Positions 1-10,558 of a DNA stretch of 60,000 nucleotides are shown here, in pieces. The stretch's first letter is position 1. Every line of letters starts with the position of its first letter. Under the pieces are notes generated by a model. The model saw only the letters and a program-made list of their open reading frames with translations. It was not told the DNA's origin and did not search any database. The translations under genes were made by a program, and so were the position numbers. This DNA comes from Amphiscolops sp. MND2022. Its lineage: Eukaryota. The stretch covers positions 76,758,001 through 76,818,000 of the forward strand of contig OZ076409.1 in assembly GCA_964187785.1 (NCBI GenBank), given 5' to 3'.

Positions 1-120
1 TGTAAGGTATTGCAAACGTATATTGTATAGGAAGTGTGAAAATTTAGTAGAATAAATCACTCCCCAACTAGGCCCATTTAAAATGCACATTCGCAATATC
101 TTGTCACACTGCGTTATATT

Positions 121-607
121 AAACAAGCCGGGAACGGCCCAAGTCGGCGCCATATCCAAGGCTCAAAAATAGCAAAAGGACTTCAAAATTTCCAAGTCTT
201 GGTGAATTGAGACTACTTTTATGGAAATTTTTTTTCTGAAAAAAAGTCTGACAATGCCGAAAAAAACTGAAAGGGAGGACCCTTTGGGATTTTTCAACGT
301 CCATTCTGTTCCAAAACTCCAAAAAATTGAAGGGGGACCCTTTCGTGGGAATTTTTTTTAAAAAAGTCACAGAGTGCCGAAAAAATCTAAAGGGGGGACC
401 TTTTGGTCTCGTCCGGTATTGTATGCCACGCGGGAAACCTTTTTGGTTCTGTTCCTTGGGCCAAAAGGTACATTTTGGGGTCTTCTGAATTTTGTAGAAC
501 TTTTGGTAGAACTATTTTGGTCAGTTCAGGTGGTCTTAAAAAAAACACTGACGAAAAGCCATGACTATAGTCGACTCTTTTCTTAACAAAAGCGCCGACT
601 AAAAAAG
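121..607 (+). repeat. Non-autonomous interspersed repeat (possibly Helentron/HINE-like), copy 1
   Basis: Starts AAACAAGCCGGGAACGGCCCAAGTCGGCGCC and has an internal inverted motif AGTCGGCGC (~143) / GCGCCGACT (~592). A homologous copy lies in reverse orientation at ~19870-20489. The HINE assignment rests only on resemblance of the termini. Confidence 0.5.
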
Positions 608-791
608 TCGACAGCTTCAATATAAAGTCGACAGCTTCAAAATATAATACATCAATCAACACATCGAAATTGATTAGTTGAATCATAGTCATAGTCCAAG
701 ATCTCGACGGCTTTTTTGCTTAAGCGAAAAGCGTGTCTGTTCAAGTTATTAAATTCTTTCCGGGTTTCAGAAACGGTGTCAGGATGTTTCA

Positions 792-1192
792 TGTGATGCC
801 ATGATGCATGTCCTCAAAGACTCTATAAATTTGAAATACTCTGAACTCTTAACCAAACCAATTAGTAAATGTAATCTAATTTAGAAGCTAAGAAACTTCA
901 TTTAATAGATCCTGTATCAAGCTCCCCTGCTTCATCCTGTCGCTGTCACATTGTTAATTGATGTAACCTACCCTAGTTAATAGAATATATCTACTCGGAG
1001 AAATTGAGAATTCATCCTAGCAATCAGTCTTCCTCCCATACTTTAAGAACTGAGAACTCAGAAATAGATTGTACTCAGAACTAGCTAGCTACAAGATAAA
1101 AGATAAGACGACTTCGCTGTTAAAATCTTAGACTTCTTATGTCAGTACTAACACTTCTAAAAGAATCCACCACACAACTTTTTAACAGCTCA
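792..1192 (+). repeat. 5' LTR of element A
   Basis: TGTGATGCC...ACAGCTCA, 401 bp. I count 9 substitutions versus 18291-18691. Confidence 0.97.
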
Positions 1193-1194
1193 AT

Positions 1195-1208
1195 TGGTGC
1201 GACCATGA
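1195..1208 (+). promoter_or_regulatory. Primer binding site of element A
   Basis: TGGTGCGACCATGA begins 2 nt after the LTR end. Element B has TGGTGCGACTTG at the same position. The priming tRNA was not identified. Confidence 0.85.
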
Positions 1209-1339
1209 AAATTCTTTTTTCTCTCCCATTTATTTCACACATCTACAATTGTTGTACCTCTTTCCTCGACTTTCTCATACGCTATCTCTTTGTTCGACAC
1301 ACAGTTTCTCCACCTCTCAACATCGCCTATCGTTACTAA
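1205..1339 (+). CDS. Small leader ORF (44 aa) conserved between elements A and B
   Basis: SFLDFLIRYLFVRHTVSP aligns with DFLNFFNKYIIVRQTISP in ORF 37023-37343. Confidence 0.5.
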   Translation: MKILFSLPFISHIYNCCTSFLDFLIRYLFVRHTVSPPLNIAYRY

Positions 1340-1346
1340 CTTCAAC

Positions 1347-1620
1347 GTTGCAACCAATTTCTATTTGAAATTGGTCCGTGTTGCCATGGTTCTGACTGCG
1401 TTTCTCAACGTAATTCCTGTCAGTCATATTTCTTGGTTCTGACTACGTTTCTTGACGTAATTCCTGTCAGTAAATTTTTCGTTCCAACCACCACTGAGTG
1501 AATTCGTGTTGGCTTTTTCTCTTTCTTCCGTTCCAACCGCAGACGTGCGATACGTGTTGGCCCTTCTACAGTGCTATCCAGCGATACCTGCTAGTAGAAA
1601 TCTCTTTGGTTCTAGCCGCT
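1347..1620 (+). promoter_or_regulatory. Array of 6-7 bulged RNA hairpins in the 5' leader (putative packaging or protein-binding element)
   Basis: Repeated unit GTT-stem1-stem2-loop-stem2'-6-nt bulge-stem1', with different but complementary stems in each copy. Confidence 0.7.
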
Positions 1621-1875
1621 TGGATCAACTTTAAAGTTGGCACACATATTTAGCACATATTTTCTACATAACATTATTATAATACCTTTCTTATTCTCTC
1701 TTTTACAGTACAAACAGCATACAAAACTCTTTTAAAAACTAGTTTACGGATCCAAATACATAACAATTAAAATATATAACACATACCTCACATATTTCTT
1801 TATATAACTTTCATTTTTCATGACCGATATAAAACAAATTTTAATACAACCTCTTGGACACATTCTTCATTGTAC

Positions 1876-1998
1876 ATGCCGCCTTCAGTAGACACTATAG
1901 TTAAACTCATTGTCTGCTTTTGGTTCTTTGTTGCTATCATTGCTGGTCTTGCACTTTTTCTGGACAAATTTTTAATTTCATTCATACCAAAACTTTGA
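1876..1998 (+). CDS. Putative 40-aa single-pass membrane peptide
   Basis: Translates as MPPSVDTIVKLIVCFWFFVAIIAGLALFLDKFLISFIPKL. A polypyrimidine-CAG acceptor-like site precedes it at 1708. A positional counterpart lies at 38821-38934. Confidence 0.35.
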   Translation: MPPSVDTIVKLIVCFWFFVAIIAGLALFLDKFLISFIPKL

Positions 1999-2266
1999 AG
2001 CACAACCGTTTTCTTCTATGTTAACAAGTATAGTACTACCTCTTTTTGGACTACTTAGTATCTACCACACCTTCCATATACGTATTCAATATACACAAAA
2101 CCCATTCCTTCTTTTCATAAGTATTGTACTTACTATTTTCTTACAAGTGGTTTTCATAGATCAAATTTTACCATATAACTCACAATTCAATACAAAATAT
2201 CTTCTTTTCCGATACATCTATCCTTTATAGCAATCTTATTGTACTAATCAAACTTAATATCATATA

Positions 2267-5200
2267 ATGCTCCCCACTCCATTTACAGTCACTACTGACA
2301 AAAGACAAAATCGATCTCTTATACAAGATGTAACACCTTTTCTACAAAACATTATCTTTCAGTACACTAACCCACTTCCATTTGAAACAGAACCCCATAT
2401 ATTACATACTATTCCATTAGTACGAGAACATTGTGATTCTTATCTATATTATATACACTATAAAACACTTGACATTACACCATCACAAATCCCTTTTCAA
2501 GTTATTTTTAACCCTGTTAAAGGAATAAACTCTGGAACATTTTATAGAACTATACACCCAAAAAATATTACACTTTCTATACAAGATGTTTTTCACACAT
2601 ACATGCAAAAACTCATTGAATTCAATGAAAACCAAGACACACCACCTTATTGTCCTTCTCATTTACAAGAACTAAAACACAGATCTGAATATTTCGAGGT
2701 CCCAGATCTTGACACAAAAGTCCAACGACATGATAACCCTCATTATTGGTTACAACGAGATATCTTACAAATAAAACATTTTCAGTACAGATTCTTTACC
2801 AACATTATTCTTACAGATGACACTATACCTCAAGTCAAAATTTTTACACAATTCTTATTAAAGTTTCTTAGATTTAACTATCAACTAATATGGGAACAAA
2901 AAGATCAACAAGCCTATATTAACTTCCCTCAAATATTAACACATATAGAACTCTTACCATACATCATAAAAAATGAAAACAAACATTTACATTACCGAGA
3001 TCTTACTTCACTAAATGTTACACATTTTGAACAAATAACCTTAGATCACAACTTTGTACTTGAACATTCTGAAACATCAGACAAGAGACCTTTCACTACA
3101 CCTGATACTTCTCATGAAACAACTCCTGAAGAACAAACCTCTAGTGTTGAACCTTCATATACAAGACAACAATCAGACCAATCAGAACAAGAATCCCCAG
3201 AACAAGAAGCCCTTACTAATCGTTTTCAAAATCCTGATCTTCCTCAAGAACAACTATCATACCCACCATTATCACAAATCTCAGATATACAACAACCAAA
3301 TCCTTCTGAAACAAATACAATTCACAATACATCAGAACTTTCTGAAGAAACAGTACAAAATACACGAAGTTTTACAATAACCGATGATTCAAATCTTATA
3401 CTAGTTGCTACCCACAATATCACGCAAAATGAATTTACAAACCAAAATCAAGACAACACTTCAAATACAAATCCAGACAATACCTCTATTTTATCTACAT
3501 CTAATACTAACATTACACAACCCTCTCAGACACAAATAATATTTCCTCGAAATTACAATCCACCTTCTGTTCCACCCCAATTCTCAACTCAGATAAACAC
3601 CCATGACATTCCTCAACAAAGCTCATCAAATACACCCTACATTGCACAAAACAATAATATAGTTCATTTTCAAACACCAACTCCACCATTATCTTCTGAA
3701 ATACAAACTTCGAATTTTACTCCAGCTCAAACCAATTCGGTACATTATACACGAACTACCTTAAACATTAACACCATCCATTCTAACCCATCTACAGATT
3801 ATACCACTGCAAGACATCTTTCTCGACCTCCATTACAAACTATATTAACTAATCCATTATCATACAGTCTCACCAGTACTAATCCACGTCATACACAACA
3901 ATCTCAGATAAATTACAATACATCTCACCAATTAAATACTCTTTCTTCTCAACATACATCCAATACAATCACTCCTACATTACAAACTTCTCAATTTCAT
4001 ATACCAAATCCTCCTTCGACAACAATTAGAACTAACCCTCACTTTCATAGTACTTCAACTACTTCTTTACCTAATATTTCCAATAACCCCACATACAATA
4101 CAACACCTCCATCTACTATGTCTCATAACACTATGTCACACCCAACATATATTAATTCTTCTACTTCTATATCAGAACCCATTAAACCTTTTGATGGACT
4201 TGATCACAACTATACACCTGAAGAATATTTACAACATATTGAGGCACGTGTTACATTTTCCTTAGGTTTACAACCTACATCGGAACATGAATATAAATTT
4301 TGGCACGCCCGTCGCATGGCTTTTATACAATGCTCTCTAACAGGCACAGCACTAAGCTGGTACATCCGTTTAAACGACACTTATAAACATGATTGGCACG
4401 CTTTCGTACAAGCTTTCAAAAAACAATTTTCCTCACAAAAGAACGCTTACTATGCTCAAGTTGAAGCCCTTAATTTAACAAAGAAAGACAATGAAACAGT
4501 ACGTCATTTTGCACTCAAAGTTCAACAACTGGTTGAAAAAGGCTGGTGTAATGAGAATGCATCTACTATAAACCTTAAATGTAATGAAATCTTTACAAAA
4601 GGACTTCCAAAAAACCTTAAAGATTTTGCAAATAAAAGACAAGTAAAACACACCTCCACTGTCTTAGGACCTTCAATTCCTTTTCATACCTTGGTAAAAC
4701 TTGTTGACGCTGAAGATATTGCAAACGACAAAATCAGAACACACGATCTTGCACTTGAAATCAATAATATCACAAAACAATTGAACACTCAAACTCTAGA
4801 TCACCCATCTCAAGAACAACTTATGTATACACAACCCAAAGACCCAAATAACAAAAATAAACCTGCATATAAAAAATATTGCTCATACTGTCATAGAACA
4901 AATCACTTCATTTCTGCTTGTTTCAAAAAACAACGAGATGATGAAGATAAACGAGAAGCATATGCTCGATCAAAATCTCCACAAAAATCATTCGTTCAGT
5001 ACTTTCGTTCTCCTTCCAATGACAGAACAAAACACTATGATAATCGATACCGAAGTCGAAGTACTTCACGAGACAACTCTTATAACCAAAAATATTCACA
5101 AAACCGATACCGTTCTACATCTCGAGATAGAGACAGATTTCGTTATGACAAAAGTACTACTCCTCCACACTACTCCAGATCAAGATATGATACATACAAA

Positions 5201-5329
5201 CGTGATTCTCGATCTTACCGTTCTCCTTACAGATCTTCTTATAGATCCCCATATAGACAAAACTCTCGTCCTAGATACAGATCACGCTCCTATTCAAGAG
5301 ATAACAAATTCACCAAATACACAAATTGA
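2267..5329 (+). CDS. gag: Gag region of element A: unknown N-terminal domain, low-complexity linker, capsid, CCHC zinc knuckle, RS-rich tract
   Basis: Retrotransposon capsid-like IKPFDGLD...LTGTALSWY...W..FV..FKKQF; knuckle CSYCHRTNHFISAC. The TGA at 5327 is in frame with downstream pol and is probably a mutation. Confidence 0.9.
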   Translation: MLPTPFTVTTDKRQNRSLIQDVTPFLQNIIFQYTNPLPFETEPHILHTIPLVREHCDSYLYYIHYKTLDITPSQIPFQVIFNPVKGINSGTFYRTIHPKNITLSIQDVFHTYMQKLIEFNENQDTPPYCPSHLQELKHRSEYFEVPDLDTKVQRHDNPHYWLQRDILQIKHFQYRFFTNIILTDDTIPQVKIFTQFLLKFLRFNYQLIWEQKDQQAYINFPQILTHIELLPYIIKNENKHLHYRDLTSLNVTHFEQITLDHNFVLEHSETSDKRPFTTPDTSHETTPEEQTSSVEPSYTRQQSDQSEQESPEQEALTNRFQNPDLPQEQLSYPPLSQISDIQQPNPSETNTIHNTSELSEETVQNTRSFTITDDSNLILVATHNITQNEFTNQNQDNTSNTNPDNTSILSTSNTNITQPSQTQIIFPRNYNPPSVPPQFSTQINTHDIPQQSSSNTPYIAQNNNIVHFQTPTPPLSSEIQTSNFTPAQTNSVHYTRTTLNINTIHSNPSTDYTTARHLSRPPLQTILTNPLSYSLTSTNPRHTQQSQINYNTSHQLNTLSSQHTSNTITPTLQTSQFHIPNPPSTTIRTNPHFHSTSTTSLPNISNNPTYNTTPPSTMSHNTMSHPTYINSSTSISEPIKPFDGLDHNYTPEEYLQHIEARVTFSLGLQPTSEHEYKFWHARRMAFIQCSLTGTALSWYIRLNDTYKHDWHAFVQAFKKQFSSQKNAYYAQVEALNLTKKDNETVRHFALKVQQLVEKGWCNENASTINLKCNEIFTKGLPKNLKDFANKRQVKHTSTVLGPSIPFHTLVKLVDAEDIANDKIRTHDLALEINNITKQLNTQTLDHPSQEQLMYTQPKDPNNKNKPAYKKYCSYCHRTNHFISACFKKQRDDEDKREAYARSKSPQKSFVQYFRSPSNDRTKHYDNRYRSRSTSRDNSYNQKYSQNRYRSTSRDRDRFRYDKSTTPPHYSRSRYDTYKRDSRSYRSPYRSSYRSPYRQNSRPRYRSRSYSRDNKFTKYTN

Positions 5330-8300
5330 TATAGACCACCTTCAAGACCAAGAGATTCTAGATTTTCTAGATCTCGCCCACACTCAAATTCCAGAAATAA
5401 AATCAAAATGATACAACAACAAGACCAAACTGACCCTATCAAATTTGAAGTACACATGTATCACCCAACAGCAATGGCAAATGCTGTCACACCTACAAGT
5501 TGGTTTTATACTCTATATGTACACACCCCATCAAGTATAGTACAAAGAGACAACCCATCTAGATTAGAAATTGCATTCCTCCTAGATAGCGGTGCTTCCA
5601 TTTCTGTACTCAATTACCCAACATACATAACTCTTACAAAACTCCTAGATATTAGATCAAATCACACCTCTGATGTTGGACCAACTCGAAATTCCAAAAC
5701 ATTAACCATTGCAAACCAAACTGAAGTTCCTATTTTACACTACGCAAATATAATCTTGAACACCACTATTGATGAAAACTCTCGTTACTTTTCAGTACTC
5801 TTCGCAGTAGCTGATATCAAATACAACATCCTTGGCACACCATTCTTCGAAGACAATATACAAAACATAAACATACAAGACTTTACACTCGAATTTAAAC
5901 ACCAATCAAAAACACACCCAAATTATACAAAATTCACAACACTCCTATCTAAAGATTATCCATACTTCTCTTACATTTATAGAATTAACTCAAAAACTCA
6001 GATACGTCTAAAACCCAAATCTTCCAAAATTGCAAACTTTCCGATCAAAAATTATCATAACCTTCATTTTACAACCACACCACAAAACCACTTCTTTCCT
6101 TCAGTACCTCATACCTAATTTGCTACCAAATTCCGTACAAATTTCAATTTCATTGAAGTTTTTACAGACGACAAGCCAGATATATGTGCAACTATTATTC
6201 AGAACACTTCAAAACATATTGCAACCCTACCTATTGGACATATTGGATATATTGAAGTTCCAATTACTAATGAAAAACCTAAATTTTTCCAAGTTAACGA
6301 CATTAATACTTTAATACATAACGTTACCTATACTTATCATCCTGATATTACTGAACCACTTCCACAGACCAACTATATTGTACAATATGATGATCCTACA
6401 ACCCCTCCTCCTCAATTCTCTCTACATCAAATTTATATGACAAATAACGATATTCCAAATCAAACTTCTCCTTTATATAACGTTCAGCCTACTTCTCATA
6501 CTTCCGAAAAACGCATTTTCCCTTCTCTCCCATAAACTTCTGAAAATTTGAAATTTATTATTCAATTTAAGGTTTCAATTTGAAATTTGAAACCTCACAG
6601 ATTCAGAATACATTACTCTTTGCAATATGTTACTCAAATATAAAACATGTTATGCAACTCATAAAAACGATGTTGGAAAAATTTCAACACCCTTTCGTAT
6701 AAGACTTAAACCAAATGCTCAACTTATAACACAACGTCCTTCCAAAGTCCCTATTCACTACCGAGACAAACTTAACGTACTTCTCAAAGAACTCGGAAAA
6801 TATAACATTATCAAACAAATTGGTTCTTCTCCTCAAGACAAACCCGTTTATGGCACAACTTATTTAAATCCTCTTATTATAATCCCCAAGGAAGATACAA
6901 TAAAATGTGTATTAGACGCTCGACATCTTAACTCCAATACAGAACAATCTGATGAATCTTGGCCTATTGAACCTCTTGCTCCACAACTAGCACGCGCAAA
7001 TAAAAAGTACAAATCCGCTATTGACCTTATGTAAGCCTATGCACATACACCTCTTGACGAAGAAACTATAAAACTCACTAGTTTCTCCTCCGGAGACAAA
7101 CTTTTCGCATTTATCCGAGGCTTTTATGGTCTCAAAGCACTACCAAACTTCTTTACAAAACAAATGTCTACTTTCTTTAAAACTCTTATAGAACAAGGTT
7201 TCGCTCTTGTCTACATTGACGATATATTACTTTTATCTGATTCTAAAGAACACATGTTTCAACTCATAGAACAATTGCACATTATTAGTACAAAAAACAA
7301 TCTTAAACTAGCCCCTGAAAAATCCTTTTTCATGCTTCTTAAAGTCAAATTCCTTGGACATGAAATTGGTTACAATACAATTAAACCAATCCTTTCAAAA
7401 ACTGCAGCTATTCATAAGATCCCTTCTCCAACTGGCAAAGTTGCCCTAATGAGTTTCATTGGCGCACTCAATTTTTACACCAAATTTATTGAAAAACTAC
7501 ATATCAACCTCAAACCATTTTACGATCTTTTACATGAAAACACTCCTTGGAAATGGACAGACGAACACGAAAGTCTATTCCAAAAACTTAAAATGTCTCT
7601 CACTTCTGAAACAGAATTAACAATACCAAACACAAAACATCCATTTTTTATTACAGTTGACGCTTACCTTATCGGATTAGGCGCTGTCTTATTCCAATTA
7701 AATGAACAAAACAAAATGAAAGTCATATCATACAACTCTCGTATACTTAATCCACAAGAACAAAATTTCTCCACACTTGATAGAGAACTTCTTGGTATAA
7801 TACACGCACTTCAAATCTATGAATTTCTCATCATAGGTTCCCCCCATCCAATACACATTTTCACTGACCACAAACCTTTATTACATTGTTTTACAAAGAA
7901 AGGTAATCTCAGTCCTCGTTTCTATAGAGCTCAAATGCAACTGACAAAATTTTCAAAACTCAAAATAATTCACACGCCTGGAAAAAATCTCTCTGTTGCC
8001 GATATGTTGAGTCGCTCATTCACAAAAGCTGAAATACAACTAAACCAATTAAAACATAAACACCTCCCACCACAAATCGATTTTGCACTTTTACAAGATA
8101 ACACTCTTAAACCTGTACATTACTTAATAAAACATGAAGAAATTTTACCTCATCAAAAACATGACTCTCATCCAATTCTTGCTGGTTATGGTACAGATCA
8201 ATTCTCTATTCGTATCAATGATAAAGAAAATGACATTGTTGTCAAACCGTTACAATCCTTCTCATTCAAATCCATAACTCCTTTTCAAACTAAGTTCAAG

Positions 8301-10472
8301 ACACCTACCAAAAAGAACAACAAAACCCTTCATCAACCATCTCTCTTACTTAATGATACTGACGTTACAAGTGATGACGAAGATCATATTTACACCAGAA
8401 TTCCAAAATCTGACTCTTCCTTCTTACAAGACACAACATTACAAACAGAAAATTATTCTACTCTTAAGCAACCAACTCACAATACCTCACAAAAATCAGT
8501 TTCTGCAATAATTGTACAACCAAATTTACCATCTCTCACACACTGTCAACAAATCGTACCTTTTTATGATACATCAATTTTTAAGTACAAAAACTATTTT
8601 CAAGGTTTCTTCCTTCCCGATGATTACTCATTAGACATAAAAACTCTTCAACAACAACAATCTCAAGATCCGGTTCTTAGAACTGTTTATTCTTGGTTAC
8701 TAAATAATGAAAAACCCGAATTTGTAACACCTCTTATCACTGGTACTCCATTTCTACATGTATATTACAAAAGATTTTCACAACTTTTCATTGACGAATC
8801 CACAAATCTTATTAGTCTATATATTACAAACCCCACTGTTATTAACCAATCCTCTACTCCAAATTTTGTACAAGACACTATTCGTATATGCCTACCTTTC
8901 CGACTGTTTAAAACTGTCTTTAACAAACTCCATGAACACTCTCATACTGGTATGAAAATCACCTACAATACATTCAAACAATATTGCTATATCCCATTCC
9001 TTGAAAAATGGCTTTCCATTTTTATACATGATTGTATTGAATGTCAACGAAACAAACACTTTAATATGAAAATCCAAACTGCTCCCACACAATCTTTTTC
9101 AGAACATGCTCCATCTTTCAACTATCGAATTTCAATGGACACTAAAGGACCTATTAATCCTCCTTCTCGCAACAAATCCTATATACACGTGATAATTGAC
9201 GCTTTTAGTCACTTTGTTGTTACAGTACCCATCAAATCAAACAACGCAAAGACTGCTATCAAAACTCTCCTACACCATTGGATATTTAAATTTGGACCAC
9301 CCATATATCTTGTCACCGATCGTGGATCAGAATATGTTAATAAAGAAATGGCACACCTTTGCACACTTATGGGAATTCGTCATTCTCCTCGAACAGCTTA
9401 TTCTCCTTGGACAAACGGCCTTGTTGAAGTACAAAATAGAAATCTTGGTACCCATTTACGGATGTTCTTACATGACAAACCTAAAGATTGGGCATTCCAA
9501 GTCCATATGTACGCTTATGCACATAATTCACAACCACTTTCAGAACTCAACATTTCACCTCACGAAATTGTTTTCCACACTCGACCCAGAATACCCCTTA
9601 CATTTGATTTGAACCTTAACCGAGACACCTCTAAAACATGTATTTCACGATATTGCTCTCAACTTCCAGTACACTCCCATTATGATAAATCCGATTTAAA
9701 CCCATTTTTCTATAAAACACTTTCAAAACCCATTCCACATTGGTTTCTCGCTGTAGAAACTGCTATGTTACAAATTTATTCTACAGTACACGAAAACACT
9801 CTAAGAAAAATCAATTCACACGCATATATTACAAAAACTTACCATGAAGGTAAACCCCTTCCTATTGGTACCTTTGTTTTAAAACGCAATTTTACCCACG
9901 TTCACTTTTCTGACAAACTAAAACCCCTTCGGACTGGACCATATAAAATTCTTGACAGATTATCAGACGTCACATATGCACTACTTGCACAAGATGGCTC
10001 TACAGTACACGTCCACAGAAATCATTTAATTCCATATTATCCAAAAGAACCACTCTTATATCCACACCTGCGTAGTTTTATGCGCTTTTCAGACACAACT
10101 CAATTTCAAATTCCACAACCTACCAAATATGCAAACATTGATTCTTCTCCTTTTAACTCAGACGAATCGTTGTCAGAAGAAGATTCCCAAACATTTGTAA
10201 CACCATCATCATTTAGTACATCCAATCAGAATACACCATCTATAACATCCAATGACAATTCTTTGACCCCCTCAACCAATGACAACTCCTTATATAGACA
10301 TATAATTAATACCCCTCATACTATTATCTCTAGTGACAGATCAAGACACTCATCTAATAACCAAACCACTTCACTTCCTCCTCTAATTGACAGAACCACA
10401 AAAACTACCTATAAACTACGACAACAACCCAAATTAGATTATAGACTTTTCATTACACCTTCACAACTGTAA
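5330..10472 (+). pseudogene. pol: Pol of element A (aspartic protease, RT, RNase H, integrase), interrupted by stops at ~6116, ~6533, ~7032 and a frameshift at ~6560-6600
   Basis: PR FLLDSGAS; RT VLDARHLN and VYIDDILL; RH ITVDA.LIGLGAVL, RELL, FTDHKPL; IN HEHSHTG...CIEC, ISMD, VTDRG, NGLVE, and GPY module KLKPLRTGPYKI. Confidence 0.95.
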
Positions 10473-10558
10473 TCTAGTCATTCTATCTGTTGGCTCACTC
10501 AAAACTAGTCACTCCGGTTGAATGAAATATAACCCGTAACAAGTTATCTCAAAGATAA

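Noticed and set aside
1347..1620. Repeat-spacer appearance suggesting a CRISPR-like array (also 37218-37546)
   Set aside because: Units are not identical repeats with unique spacers, there are no cas genes, and the context is a eukaryotic retroelement leader. It is better explained as RNA hairpins.
5990..6330. Possible dUTPase between protease and RT
   Set aside because: The region is beta-rich and conserved with B, but none of the five dUTPase motifs is recognisable.
3054..9612. Overlapping alternative-frame ORFs inside gag-pol (3054, 4938, 8758, 9196)
   Set aside because: They are not conserved as ORFs between A and B and are expected by-products of the biased codon composition.
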